The notes below the pieces were generated by a model. The model searched no databases. It was not told where the DNA came from and saw nothing but the letters and a program-made list of their open reading frames with translations. A stretch of DNA of 62,185 bases, the filler included, from Nemertoderma westbladi (lineage: Eukaryota; Animalia; Xenacoelomorpha): NCBI GenBank assembly GCA_032718475.1. It is 3 parts of 3 records of this genome, joined end to end, with 100 filler letters (N's around TTAATTAATTAA, not from the genome) between each part and the next. Parts side by side here need not be neighbours in the genome. Positions count along the whole stretch, not along the records: positions 23,783 to 42,745 come from JAUCBJ010003695.1; 2 more parts are not named here. One strand, 5' to 3'. The position numbers and the translations under genes are program-made. Shown here piece after piece: positions 24,906 through 38,331 of the stretch (its first letter is position 1; every line of letters begins with the position of its first letter).

Positions 24906-26433
24906 GATTAATTCCCCCACCTCACGATTATCGGAACTACTTGAACACATTTTACAACCCATAGTTAGAGAAACTCACAGTTACATTAAGGATACCCATC
25001 ACTTTATCGAAAAACTACCTGAAAGAATTGGAAAAAACGATATGATGGTTAGTTTTGATGTGACGTCACTCTACACTTCAATTGAACATTCTGTCGGTCT
25101 CGAAGCAGTGTCAAATTGGGTGGACAGCAAACGAGAGTTACTTCCAGACCGCTTTACCAAAGAATTTATTATCGGTGGCCTAGAAATTGTTCTGAAAAAC
25201 AATTTTTTTACTTTTACTTCAGCTGTAACAGGTGCTAAATCGTATCACCATCAGAAGAAGGGCACCGCCATGGGTACCAAATGTGCAGTCCCCTATGCTA
25301 ACCTAACACTTGCCGAATTAGAAGATAAAATTGAGAAAATCATAATGAATAAATACGGATCTCAGACAGCGGAATATTTTCGAGATAACTGGGGCCGTTT
25401 CCTGGATGATTGCTTCACTATATGGCCGCTAGATGGCATTATAACAATCGAAGAACTCAAAGATATCCTGAACTCAATTACTCCCTGTCTGAAATTCACA
25501 ATCGAATACAGCTCAGATAAGTTACCGTTTCTAGATGTTTTAGTAATGAATAAAAACGGTTTATTAACACTCGATATATATCACAAACCAACTGACGCTA
25601 GAAACTATGTTGATTATAGATCATCCCACAATAAGAATACTCTACGGAACATTCCATACTGTCTAGCCAGACGAATTGGAATGATTGTTGACGACAAGGT
25701 GATAAGAGAAACCCGATTTTCAGAGCTAAAAGAAGACCTGAGAAAAAGACACTACCCAGTTGATCTGATTAATCGCGCGATTGTAGAGATTCGGAAAACG
25801 TCCTCAACTGAACTTCGAATCAAAAAGAAAAAGAACAGCCATGACATTGTCCCTTTCATTACTACATATAATCCAAATGTTATTATTCCGTTTCATAACA
25901 TTATAAAACCGGCCTACAACTTACTATCTGTGGGGAATGGGAGAATCGGGAACAATTTGAAAAATAAAAGACTAATCTGTGCGTTTAGACAACCTCCTTC
26001 ACTAAAAAGCATTTTGGGCCGCCAAAAGAAAGTGATTACACCTGGCATTACTAAGTGCAAACACTCACTTTGTGACATTTGCGACATTTTAGTCGAGGGA
26101 GATAGCCTGACTATGCAGAATGGGGAAACTTTTAAAATTAAACACGAACTTTCCTGCAGAAGCACCAATGTTGTATACGTCATGTATTGTCAGAACTGTC
26201 CCGAAACTTATATTGGTCAGACCATGGACTTCAGACACCGAATTAATCTCCACAGAAACCAAATACTCAATGAACGTTATAGACATTTAAGGTGTAGCAA
26301 ACACTTTCACAACTGCGGGGAAAACCAATTTAAAGTGGCCCCATTCTTCTGTTGTCGACATGAAAACTTATTAGAAGGCTACGAACAACATTTCATTGAT
26401 AAATACCAACCTTCTTTGAACAGCCAACAATAG
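24906..26433 (+). mobile_element. Penelope-like retroelement RT plus GIY-YIG endonuclease (Neptune-type Cys linker), 5'-truncated
   Basis: SFDVTSLYTSI, QKKGTAMGTKCAVPYANL, RFLDDCF, LPFLDV, YHKPT, CKHSLCDIC, CRSTNVVYVMYCQNC..YIGQT..RINLH. The frame is open to the stop at 26433. Confidence 0.95.
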
Positions 26434-26532
26434 AACTAAGAACCAATTGTTGTAAAGTGGGCCCAGTTTTTGTCGATCTCATAAACTATATAAACCTTAT
26501 TGAGTTTCCAATAATGTTACTTTATTATTTTT

Positions 26533-26586
26533 AAACCAGACGTTCTGAAGATTTTGAAATGCATTAACGTTTTTAATATCTGGTTT
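26533..26586 (+). ncRNA. Putative minimal type I hammerhead ribozyme motif in the PLE 3' region
   Basis: acgtt-CTGAAGA-tttt-GAAA-tgca-TT-aacgt, extended by aaaccaga/tctggttt pairing. Stem II is essentially absent. Confidence 0.5.
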
Positions 26587-26719
26587 ACTTATTTATTTGT
26601 TTTTAATTACTTTTAATAATTTAATGTTTAATGATCATAATTATATTGCCATGTAAATTTTGAATTTTTTAACTATTTAAACCGGAATATAGCCCATTCT
26701 AACTCATTTAAACCTTTAT

Positions 26720-26798
26720 TGTGGGGCGAGCCACGAAGTTGGCGGAGCCTTAGCGAATTGACACTGTTAGGGGGTGGGTCAATTTATGCAAATAGTTG

Positions 26799-26860
<62 letters not shown>

Positions 26861-27994
26861 GTCGTTACGATTTTGACATGCTAATAACTTTGTCGGATTT
26901 AAAGCTGCCAAGTTGAAAATTTGTAGGTATCAATATGAGCAAAAGTTGAGATTTTTGAGAGACTTTCAGACACCATCAGTGCAATGGTCTCCCGCTAGAG
27001 GGCCACATGTCTAAACATTAAATGGCCACCCATTTCTTTGCTTTTAATCCGTTTATGCTGAAACTTGGGAAGTATGTACTAGACCATTAGCTGTAAATTT
27101 CAAAGGAGGCTAATCTGTCTGCAGTTCTCCAGTCTGCCGCTAGAGGGCGAAATGTCCCGAATGTGAAATTATTCTTCCATTTAGTTGTTTATGATCTGAT
27201 TACGCTGAAACTTGTCATATATGTACTAGATGACATCCTGAGTCTTTGTGTGGATTGTAATCGGTCCGAAGTTTTCCAGTCTCCCGCTAGAGGGCCACAT
27301 GTCTAAACATTAAATGGCCACCCATTTCTTTGCTTTTAATCCGTTTAAGCTGAAACTTGGGAAGTATGTACTAGACCATTAGCTGTAAATTTCAAAGGAG
27401 GCTAATCTGTCTGCAGTTCTCCAGTCTGCCGCTAGAGGGCGAAATGTCCCGAATGTGAAATTATTCTTCCATTTAGTTGTTTATGATCTGATTACGCTGA
27501 AACTTGTCATATATGTACTAGAAGACATCCTAAGTCTTTGTGTGGACAGTAATCGGTCCGGAGTTTTCGAGTCTGCCGCTAGAGGGCGAAATGTAGGAAA
27601 GTGATAACCTTCGCGAATTCCTTGATCTTAATCTATTTAAGCTGAATTTTGGAATATACAGTACTGGTATGTACTAGACCACATGCCTCGTCTTTGTGAG
27701 GAAGGTGATCGATCCGTAGTTCTTTAATATGCCGCTAGAGGGCTAAATGTATGAAAGTGAAAACCTTCCAACATTTCGTTATTTATGATCCGTCAATCGG
27801 AAACTTGGTAGATATGTAATAGACCATAGGATGTGGCTTTGTAGGGAAACTAATCCTTCCTTCTTCAGTTACCCAGTCTCCCGCTAGAGGGTTAACGTTT
27901 TCCGGGAAAATCTTCTCCTATGTTTTTATAATCCTTTCGAGTTGATACTTAGCATTAACTCATTTCACGTGCTGCGCGAAGGCCCCACTTCGTG
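26720..27994 (+). mobile_element. Non-autonomous element (Helentron/Crypton-like, unresolved) with (GTC)n microsatellite and ~146-bp tandem array
   Basis: 5' end tgtggggcgagccacgaag and 3' end tgctgcgcgaaggccccac are shared with 55039-56655. Seven units anchored on CCGCTAGAGGG form a 292-bp dimer. Confidence 0.65.
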
Positions 27995-30900
27995 TAGATA
28001 TATATATATTTCAAAATGTCTGCAAAGGCATTTTGGCTGTAGAATTAAATTGATAATAAATAATATTGTTTACCGCTAGAGGTTAATTCATAAGAACTAA
28101 ATACAATTTCCTCGTAATTGTTTATATTGGGCCATTTTGTTCCAGGTTATTTGCCATTACGTTTCAAGAACTGCGTTCAACCCAATGAACCATCTTTCTT
28201 AGATCATAGTTTTGTTAAGCAAAGCAATTCTAAATTATTTAATTATTATATTCAAAGTTTAATGAATGAAACAAATTAAGGACGGATCGGCAGAAAACTG
28301 AATGACAGACAGTGGGAAGTTTGACTGACTCACAGATCATAAGACAGATCGTCTGGCAGATCTCAAGACGAACCAACTAATATGGGCCAAATAAATAGAC
28401 TGACACGACAGACACCGATTAACTGGCCAAGTGATAACCATAAGATAAGACTGACTGTCCGACTGATATTTAGATTTTACTTTTATGTATCTATATTTAT
28501 TTTATATTCTTTCAGTCATTCTAAATAACAAGAAATCGTGGTTTGTTAGACAAAGCAATCATACATTATTCAATAATCCCAAGCAAAGGTAAGCAGTTTG
28601 TAAAATGCCTGAGCTGATATAAAATGTAACCCAAATCGTCGTCATAGGTAATCAAATCGCCTGAATATATATTTTGTTGAGTGGATGTGTAAATGTAACC
28701 AAAACATCTGTTTATAAATTGTTTATTTAAAACAAGTGTCTAAAGCGTCTATAAATGTAGCTATACCTTAATATATATTCCGTTATGTACTAATCGAAAC
28801 TATTGAAACGAAACGAAACGAATGTTTGTACGGAACGAATTATTTACTGACTATCTCACATTCCATCACATTACTTCCTTTTAATCAGACACTTGGCATA
28901 TGTACTACAGTAGAACACAACCTGCATCTTTGTATGGTCTGTAATCTGTCAGGAGTTCATCAGTCGGCCGCTTGATGACAAAATCTCTGAAACTGTAAAA
29001 CTTTTGCCATTTCCATGAAATTCATCCGTTTTAAGTTGCAACTTGGCATAGGCCTACTGTATGTACTAGAACACTGACTGCGTCTTTGTGAGAATGTTAA
29101 TCCATATACTGTATTATACAGTTCTAAAACATCAAAGGCTTCTCCAGTCTACATTTAGAAGGCGTAATGTTTGAAATGAAAACCGTAATATTATATTATA
29201 TTTCGTATGATATAATATTATATTTATAATTATAATTATATTTTATTTTATTATTATTATTATCGTACATGAAACAATATCCTTACAATTATTGCACAGT
29301 ACAGACCTAACTACAGACACTCAGCACAAAAAAAAGAAAGATAATTAAAGTAAGTAGATTTAGAAAATGTCAAATGTAGGCCTATGCTGTCAAATTAATC
29401 TCAAATCGCACGAAAGAAAGAATAACGGTAGTTAATATGCCGCTATAAATTCCAACATTGATCGCAAATCATATATATTTGGTAATATTTGTTTATAATC
29501 GTTTCTTCCTTATTGATACTTGATACCTGCGGCAGTATCTGGCACATATTTTCTAGACATAGTTTATAGACACATATTATCTAGATAGTTTTTGTGAGAC
29601 TTCACTGTCTTTACAGTTTTTGCAATACCTGCCTTAAACCGTCTGAAGTTGCCTAAGCAGCCGCTGGGGGGTAAAAGAGATCAGAGATCTTCAATTTTCT
29701 TTCTGTTTCATCTAGAGCAGATTTTTATCAAGATTTCAAATTTGAAAACCGTTTAGCAAGATTTGTCTTACTTCTCGTGATATGGCTGGGCTGTCTGTCC
29801 GATTGAATGTCGGTTTGTCCGTCAGTATGTCTGTCCGTCAATAAAAATCTGTACTACGTACTTCGCAGCTTCGAATAGATTCATCCCACAGGAATAATGT
29901 AGTTTTGTAATCTATGTTCATAATTGAACTATAATGTGCAGCAGCGATATTAAGTAGAAGCTAACACACTGAAGCACAAATGCTGCGCTCAAATATTCCA
30001 ATTACTGTATATGTTATAATTGCGGTATTTGTTGCCGCCATTGATTGTTTCTACATCAATGCTTTTTATTATTTTGATGCGTCCGAAAAACACAGGTCCG
30101 AGACATATAATATTTTTTGGATCCTCTCATGGAATCAATATCCTGTCTTATCTATTTTATAATTTGGACTCTTGACGCGTCCGGGAAACATCTTCTGGGT
30201 TGATTCGCTAGAGTGAATGTCTCCCGGTTGCATACAAATAGGTTTATTAACGAAATTAAAATTCTCTGAACGAATTCGAAAGTTTGATATAAATTTTAGA
30301 ATTAAACAATTTTGCCTTTAGAAATCATTATTCCAATTTCATTTTAAACCAATTCGCTACTAGTGCTGGTTGATTCTATGCCACTTCGCTCCCTCAAGTA
30401 GCCTACTGGATGAGATTGGACATGTGGTGTGCCTGATACTGTAATACCAGGAGACCTAAAAATACTGAAATACATGAAATGCAATGAAATGTGGGTTGCT
30501 GACTAATGCTCATTCCGATAACAGGTGTACAGCAGAATGAGAAGACGGACCTTTAGCTATTTTCAGGGTGTAAACGCTATATTAATGGACGCAATAAAAA
30601 TGCATCCCTCTCCAGGGGAAATTCGACGCAAATAACAGCTGATTATTCTCCAAAATAAAACTGTAACCTGTTCTATTGTGCTTAGTATATTGTTTTGGTT
30701 AAAATAACGTGTCACTGTAACCTGCTCCTTTCCCTAAATTGAGAATTTAACATTGAGGCAGGATATTTATTCGCCAAGGCGGGTTTTGCGTGCAGTTTTC
30801 CTCCCTGTCTCGGAAACAGTGGAAGGCTATTCTAACCAAAACAATAAACGTGAGTGACGAACTCAGGTTACTTTTTCATTTTTGCTGTTGTCGACAGTGG

Positions 30901-31424
30901 TTGTCAGTTGACGGCATACCGTTTACACCCCTATTTTCATGAATAAGGTCAGCTGTTGGATTTATCAATCTAATGTTTTTGAACGTAAATGTCTGCCATC
31001 TTTAGGAAAATAAGGCTCTTGCTTCATTGCTATCCCTGTATTCAAAGAAAAAAACGTCCGTTATAAATCGATAAAAAAGGTAATTTTGCAGAATTATAGT
31101 TTGTATTATTATTATTATTATGTAATCGTTTCGCTCTATCTCAAATGGGGGACCCGTGATTTTTCGGAAGGTACTTAAAGAGCAACACGACCGAACACAG
31201 TTGAACACACCCAAAACTCACTCCAAAAACTGCCAAACACAATTGAACACAGTCGAAAATAGAAAGAGCACAAAAAATTACACCGGGTACCAACTTTTAG
31301 ATAAAATTAGCCACTGCATTGTACACAATTGCTTTTCTGTAAGCAAATCCCCGAAATTATTGAATTGAAGTTGTCGCGAAATTAAATATTCATATCATTC
31401 ATATTAATAGCTTAGCAGCAGCAC

Positions 31425-32450
31425 CGGGCCGCATATTTACAAAAGGTTACATCGCGTTTCGGCAACTGTAGGCTAACGTTTAGGCAACTCAAATTCGCGT
31501 TTCGGCAACTGAACAATTAAGTATCAACAACTGCTATAGTTGTGTTTCGGCAACTCGTAGTTGCATTTCGGCGAACTGAAGTCGCGTTTCGGCAACTGGG
31601 TATCGTATCTGTATCTGTAATGTATTTGTGACTGCACTCATTATGTAAGTAAATTATAAATGATGAGTTATAGTTATAGTTATAGTTTTTGACGGCAGAG
31701 TTGTTAACTTTTTGAGTTAGCTAGTTAGTGTTACATATACCCGCAGCAGAAGTTGTGGATGTAAACGTTTGGAACTGGAGTCTGTCTGTCTGAAACACAA
31801 ATCCCGTTTACAATTTCCAAGGGGAGTTTTTCTAATACAAAGCAAAGCGCACCTTGCTGGGCGGGGTTTACAGCTACAACTTCAGTAATAATTAATTTCA
31901 GTTACTATTTTGTTGAATTGGTAATTTGTTTTAATATATTTTTTAAATATTTTGCTCACTCAGGTTTACCGGTACAATATTACGCTTACAAGGGGAAATA
32001 GACTTCCACGACATGTGTAGTAGCCCTAACTTTGATTTTATGGATCAGACATAATAACAATAATAATTATAATTAATTTATTGTTGGTTTTGTGTAGGCC
32101 TCCGGTAATAGTCAGTAGGCCTAGTGTTGGAGTAGGCGCGGGTAAACTAATGTAGTATGAAATTGAATAATGGGAAACGTAATGAGCCAAAGGTAATAAT
32201 CTATACTCTAGGCTCTATACAGTATCCAGTTGGCCTTCGTTTACGAGTTGCCGAAACGCATCTATCAGTTTGCCTAAGCGCATCCTGTTAACAGTTGCCG
32301 AAATGCAACTATGAGTTGCCGAAATGCATCACTCAGTTGCCGAAACGCAACCTTGTTGCTGCCGAAACGCGACTATGAGTTGCCGAAACGCGTCTCTAAC
32401 GCTACTACTATATCAGTTGCCGAAACGCGACAACACCTTACAAACCCCAT
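31425..32450. mobile_element. MITE-like element with inverted subterminal cgtttcggcaac repeats
   Basis: Multiple cgtttcggcaact at 31455-31600 mirrored by agttgccgaaacg at 32245-32430. Exact ends uncertain. Confidence 0.7.
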
Positions 32451-32593
32451 ACAGTCTCGACACTGGCAATGCATGCAATTCAACCTAAAGGAAGAACCAA
32501 TCAGAGATAAATAATAAATATAAATAAGGTATATATTATAGATATATATTATATATATATATTATAGATAAATAATAAATAAGTAGTGCTGAT

Positions 32594-33386
32594 ACGGTAT
32601 GGGGTTTGGGAATACACCACTTCCAAACCCTTTGCGATGTCGGCACATTAATAAATAAACAAATTGAGATTGAGCTGTGAATGCAAATGTAATTAGTATA
32701 ATAGTAGTATAATAACAAACACCTCGAAAAATACAGCTTGCCAACACATTGTTACTATCAATAATTAGTGGGAATATTGCCCTCGGCACATGGCATATGA
32801 TATGATGAGAGACAATAGTGGTACATTACAATGGTGCTTAATTCATGTTTTTTTTATCATAAAGTAGAAGCGGATATCTAAGAACAGTGACTGTGAGTAG
32901 AAATTCTGTGTTGTATGTTTAAAATTCAAATATAATATATGATCTCAATGCGTCTATTCTGCATTTCCAACCGATTTTTGCTTTAGTGTAAATGTTCTGT
33001 CGAAATTCATCATATCATACGATCTATCAATGACCCTGTCGCAAAGTGTCAAAAATGTAGGCTATATAGAAAATCAATCCTGATAATATTTATTATACCT
33101 GTGTTCAACGTAATTAATAAAAATTTAAATAGAATGTAAGAATAACATGAAAAGTAAATAAATTTATTAGAAAAAAAACTCTTCATTATTATTATATATT
33201 TATATTTCCTGCTGAGCTACACTCCAATTCGTATTTCAGTCTGCACGGCACGCCCATATACGCATTGCCCACATACATCCCCTTTAAGTACAGTACTTCT
33301 TTGTTTTTATTGTATCTTTTTTCCATTTAATAAGTGCTGACATCGCCTGGGGTTTGTAAATGGTTTATTCCCAAACCCCATACCGT
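32594..33386. mobile_element. MITE with ~60-bp TIRs
   Basis: acggtatggggtttgggaata..gcgatgtc and its reverse complement ending ..cccaaaccccataccgt. Confidence 0.7.
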
Positions 33387-33999
33387 GGGTAATCTGGTAA
33401 AACCCCTTAAGTCGATTTTTGGTCATTTTCAGGTTTTTGATGATTCTGGTACCTTAGATTGATATCTACCTTCTGAAAAAACCCCAGAAATTAAAACAGC
33501 GTTATTAACGGAGAAAAACGCGAAATAAGATCCCGTCCAAATATTGATTGATCTGTTAAAACCCCCTAAGTAGGAAAAAACTCTGTTTAAGCACCTTCAA
33601 AATGGGATTTAATTTCTGATAAAACCCCTTAAATTAGATATTAGGGGGTTTCTTATTTGTTAATTTTAATGATTTTTATGATTACTTTTAATGATTCGTT
33701 CTGATAAAACCCCGAAGATGCCCGTTTGCCGCAATATGATAGGATAATTGGCCTTGAAATATTTAATGGAGTGAGTTTTGAAGTAGGTCTACGGTATTAG
33801 TATTAGAATTAATAGGTTAGCTACTAAATGAGTCAATGGCGCGGATTGACCGCAAACACAAAGTAAATTTTAGTGGGTTTGAAAAATTAATTTAATTTAA
33901 ATAAAAACATTAAGGGAAAGGAGCAGGTTACAGAGGCAGTGGAAATTTGTAAAGCTTATTTTAACATTTGTCGAAAATCTGGGGGGGGGGGGGGTCCAG

Positions 34000-34190
34000 G
34001 TACACTACTACTACTACTGTAGGATCGGCTCGCTGCATTGCAGGTACACTTTTAGAATGCTGTGCCGGCTTGTCCACAAAATTGCGCCGCCACAACTCCC
34101 TATCACCCATGACACTTGCTAGATCATCCGCATCTTCAAGGCCAGTGTCCTTTGAGATGCGTCTCAAGAAACCACCATGCTTATTCATTC
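34000..34190 (-). mobile_element. RTE-like LINE 3' end with (AGT)n tail
   Basis: Same peptide as the end of 57572-58450 (DTGLEDADDLA.VMGDRELWRRNFVDKPAQHS), followed by agtagtagt. Confidence 0.85.
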
Positions 34191-34374
34191 ACTGCCAAGC
34201 CAGCAAGCAAACAAACAGTCGGCCGAAGCCGGAGGCGACCCGCCCGAAGGCTCCTCTTTCGATAGCTGCTACCAGAGGGTAGGGGTGGGCGCTACTCCTA
34301 TCCCAATTTGCAAGATTATTTACAAGTCTATTGGTCTTTTTACACGTTACTTTATAGAACTGTAGATATCCTTT

Positions 34375-34590
34375 AGTAGTGAGAGTATCTGAAGATGTTT
34401 AACCAGTAGTGAGTGTAACTGGAGATGTTCAACTGGTAGTGAAAGAAACTGGAGATGTTCAACCGGTAGTGAGAGAAACTGGAGATGTTCAACCGGTAGT
34501 GAGTGTAGCTGGTTATTTTCAACCGGTAGTGAGTATAGCTGGAGATGTTCAACCGGTAGTGAGTGTAACTGACGATGTTCAATCAGTTGT
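34375..34590. repeat. 30-bp minisatellite, ~7 copies
   Basis: Repeated ctggagatgttcaaccggtagtgagt.. Confidence 0.9.
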
Positions 34591-34679
34591 GATTGTAGCC
34601 GTTGATGATTTGGGTTCCGTATAAAGGTCGTGGGACCATGTAGCCCAATTTTTCACTTAGAATGATAATTGAAGAGTTG

Positions 34680-34995
34680 TCAAAAAAGAAAGACAGGCAT
34701 CTGGCTGTTATCTTTGTTGACTTCTTCACGGCCTTTGATTCAGACTCTCGCTCACGTATGTTCAGCATACTTTCATTATATGGGATTCCTGGTGGAATTA
34801 TTGCAGCAATCAGATTAGTATGATGGTTCGAAAACATATGTACTATTTTTGCTATTGCTACTAGGCCTACTGTTGACGGTGACACAGAACCATTTGAAGT
34901 GTTATGGGGTGTCCTCCAGGGTGACACACTTGCGCCATTCTTGTTCATAATTTTGTTTGACTATGTTCTACTAATGTCCTCAGATCATCATAATA
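34680..34995 (+). mobile_element. RTE-like RT fragment
   Basis: IFVDFFTAFDS and GVLQGDTLAPFLFIILFDYVL motifs. Its end overlaps the start of the 57572 copy (atgtcct.agatcatcataat). Confidence 0.8.
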
Positions 34996-36699
34996 ATGAA
35001 TTTTTGTAGGTTTAGTTCTCCAAACACATAAGAGATACACTACAATCATACAATGTAAAATGCAGACTAAGATCATCTACATACAAGTTATATAATAAAT
35101 ATTTTGCTCACCTACTCCTGGGCCTACTTTGGATGACAGAGGTACCTTGGAGCTACAGTTTTTTTCTCATTGGACCAGAAATTATTCATATTATTTATAA
35201 AAATTATGGTAATATTACAGTGTTTCTAATATAAGTATATTAGATAAACACTCCAGTAGTATATTCTTATATGGACTGTGATGAGGATCGGATTAATCAT
35301 TTAGTTGGCCAGACTATCTTGCGTGACCAGGTGAAGACCAGCAAGCACTCTCTAGCTCTGTAACCTTAAGAAACTGCCAAGGTATGCAATTGGATGGCCT
35401 CCAGGTTTGTTAATTCCAGAGGTCGGCCACTTGGCAATCTTCCATAGAGCTTGATTTATTCTGTGAAAGCGGGTCCAGAAAGTTTGCAGAGAGGTTTCAG
35501 CATGAAAATGCTCTTTTTCCAACACACGAGCTCCAGACATTAAATATATGGTGTCTGTGATTGCCTATGACTTAATGCTGGCTCCATCCAGTCGCCAGCA
35601 GTCTGTCTGCATTCGGCAGTACTTTCATCTGTAACAATTATTATCATACAGGCTTTAGTCATGAGTATGTACTGTAATCTAAAATGATAATTGCACTACA
35701 ATGGTAGCTACACTACGGTAAGGAACTACATATACTGTAGCTGCTATAATACTATAATTTACACGTTGCGTTAAAATAATTGATTCCTGTGATGTCACCG
35801 CCATTGATTGTCTGTCTGTACCGTAGGCCTACAATGAAATGTGCAATGCTTTGAAGAGTTATGCGATTCTATGCCGTACAATAACATACCATGAATGTCT
35901 GCACCACTAAACTACAGTAAATGTAATGCCGTGCCATGCCGCGCTGTGTCAAGTAACTACAGCACCGAAGCATGCAATATTGTCCTGCAACACCGAAGCA
36001 TGCAATAATGTCATCATATATAAATTAAATCTACATGATATATACATATACAGTACATCATAAATTTGATAAATTAATTATTATTACCCTAGTCCTACCC
36101 CTTTCACGGCGATAAAATTGTCATATATTTTCTTATACAGTAGAATACAGTAGGCTTATCTTTTGTGCATTTTATCACTGGTATCATTTAGATTATGGCG
36201 GTTAGGTTTTAGGTTTAGGGTTGCGATACATACCTGTATGTTGAGCATGTTATTATATTTGTTTTTGTTTGTTGTTTTTTTGTTTGTTTTGATTGTGTTC
36301 TCTCAGTGGGTCCTAGGGGCTGAGTAGGCCTACTATTTTGTACTTAATGTGCTGATTCTATATTTTTTTGTAGTTTATGGGGTGTAAGACTCTTGTGTTT
36401 ACGTTTAAGTTAATATACAGTATGAAATAAGATGACGCGCTATACCGCTGCTTTCAAGAAAGTACAACGTTTCACGTCATACCATGTCATGACGCACCTA
36501 GCTCAGTCAGGTTTTGTGCTGATATTTCAGACTATGGTTTGCTCCGGATCGGCTTTGAAGCTTTGCATCGATATACATGATGTTTATATTTACTTCGTTT
36601 TATGTTGCGATGTAACCACATTGTTATTATCCATCATGAGTTCGACGTAAGGGGAAGGCATGGACAGCGTTAAATAGTTCAGTCTGTACAGGATGTGGA

Positions 36700-37210
36700 A
36701 GTCCCATAGAATAAAACTTAACCTTAAGTTTCGATTATTTATGGCAGTAGTAGTACCAGTACTGTACTCTTATATGGGAGCTCATGCTGGGCTCTAACTG
36801 CAGAGGATAACAAATCTCTGGATGGCACTTTCACATGAATGCTGTGCCGGGTTCATTGTGTCAAGTACAATGAAAACATCTCCAATCAGACTCCATAAAA
36901 CATAGCTTGACACTTGAACGGAACCACCACCGCTTTGCAGGACATTTCTTTCGCCGTGAGGAACAGCCATTGCATAATCTTGTGCTTTGGTAACGTCATG
37001 GAATGAATAAGCATGGTAGACAGCCCATTGCTTTCTTGAGAGGCAGCTTAATGGACACTGGCTTTGAAGATGCGGATGATCTAGCAAATGTCATGGGTGA
37101 TAGGGAGTTGTGGCGGCGCATATTTTGTCGAAAAGCCGGCACAGCATTCTTAATATGTGTTACAGGTGAAAGGGAGTTGTGGCGGCGCAATTTTTTCGAC
37201 AAGCCGGCAT
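36700..37210 (+). mobile_element. Degenerate RTE-like LINE 3' fragment
   Basis: Collinear with 57990-58450, with indels and a short terminal duplication. Confidence 0.85.
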
Positions 37211-37607
37211 AAAAAAATATATACAGAGGGAGCTGGTAATCATTTACTACAGTCGGTATCCTACATAGCAGCTGCGTATATATTTTTGGGAAACCGCACC
37301 TGAAATAATTCGTCATAAATTGTGCGTAATACCTGGATTAAACCGCCCTATAAAACCATTTCCTTTTAAATAACTTAAAATTCTCCCTGGCTCCAAAATC
37401 TGTAGTTTCTAACTGGGTGAATCAAAACGTTCTTTAATATAAATCCCTCCATGCAGTACACAATTCATATTTATATATTTCTTCTCTGTTTATTGATAAC
37501 TGAGATGTTGTTTCTGCAGGGTAGTGATTCATTTCTACACACGACTGCTGAACATATAAATAGTTGTAATCGTTTATGTCTATTATTACCTTCCATTGGT
37601 CTCAGGA

Positions 37608-37750
37608 ATTCTTATCCCGCGAGTATTCTTAGCCCGTGGGTATTCTTAGCCCACAAAACAATAACGTGTATTGTTTTGGTTCCCCCAATACGCCTCTGAA
37701 ACCTGTTCCTTACTAATCTGCTCCTAAGAATACTCGCGGGCTCAGAATTC
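37608..37750. mobile_element. Tiny MITE-like inverted repeat
   Basis: gaattcttatcccgcgagtattcttag ... ctaagaatactcgcgggctcagaattc. Confidence 0.55.
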
Positions 37751-38331
37751 ACCCAACCCCAGGGGCGCAGCCACGTTCCCAAAAGTGGGAGGGACGTGTC
37801 CCTCCCATTCGCGTGCCCATTCGCATGCCCAACGCGTTCATTCAAATTGCTGAGACATTATGATGGCGACACTCGCCAACAACAGTCTGTCTGAAATCGG
37901 TTATACAGAACTTTCTATAATAATTACTATCATAGAGTACAGTATAGGCTTACTCGTAAGATTGTAATCTAAAATGATAATTGAAATACAATGGTACTGT
38001 AGCTACACTAAAGTACTGCAGCTCTCAAATAGTCCAATTATATGTTATAATTGAGGCCTTTGTTGCCGCTAATGATTGTCCAAACCTTCAATGCGTTGGC
38101 CGAACCATTTATCCCCAACCCTCCCCCGAACCACCCCTTCGCGGCCAACCATTTCTTCCCAACCCACCCCCGCACCAACCCTTCGCGGCCGAACCATTCC
38201 AACTACAGTACTCAATACAGTATTCCAGTACTGTAGCACAAGTCCCTAAAAGGTGCCACCCTGCTCCATAGCGCTGGAAATTCAAATTATTGAAAGACAT
38301 GTAATTTACTGAATGAATTTAATGTACTGAA

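Noticed and set aside
26985-27900. CRISPR-like regular recurrence of a conserved motif (also 38560-39030 and 47375-47850)
   Set aside because: The intervening sequences are homologous to one another rather than unique spacers. The context is eukaryotic and there are no cas genes.
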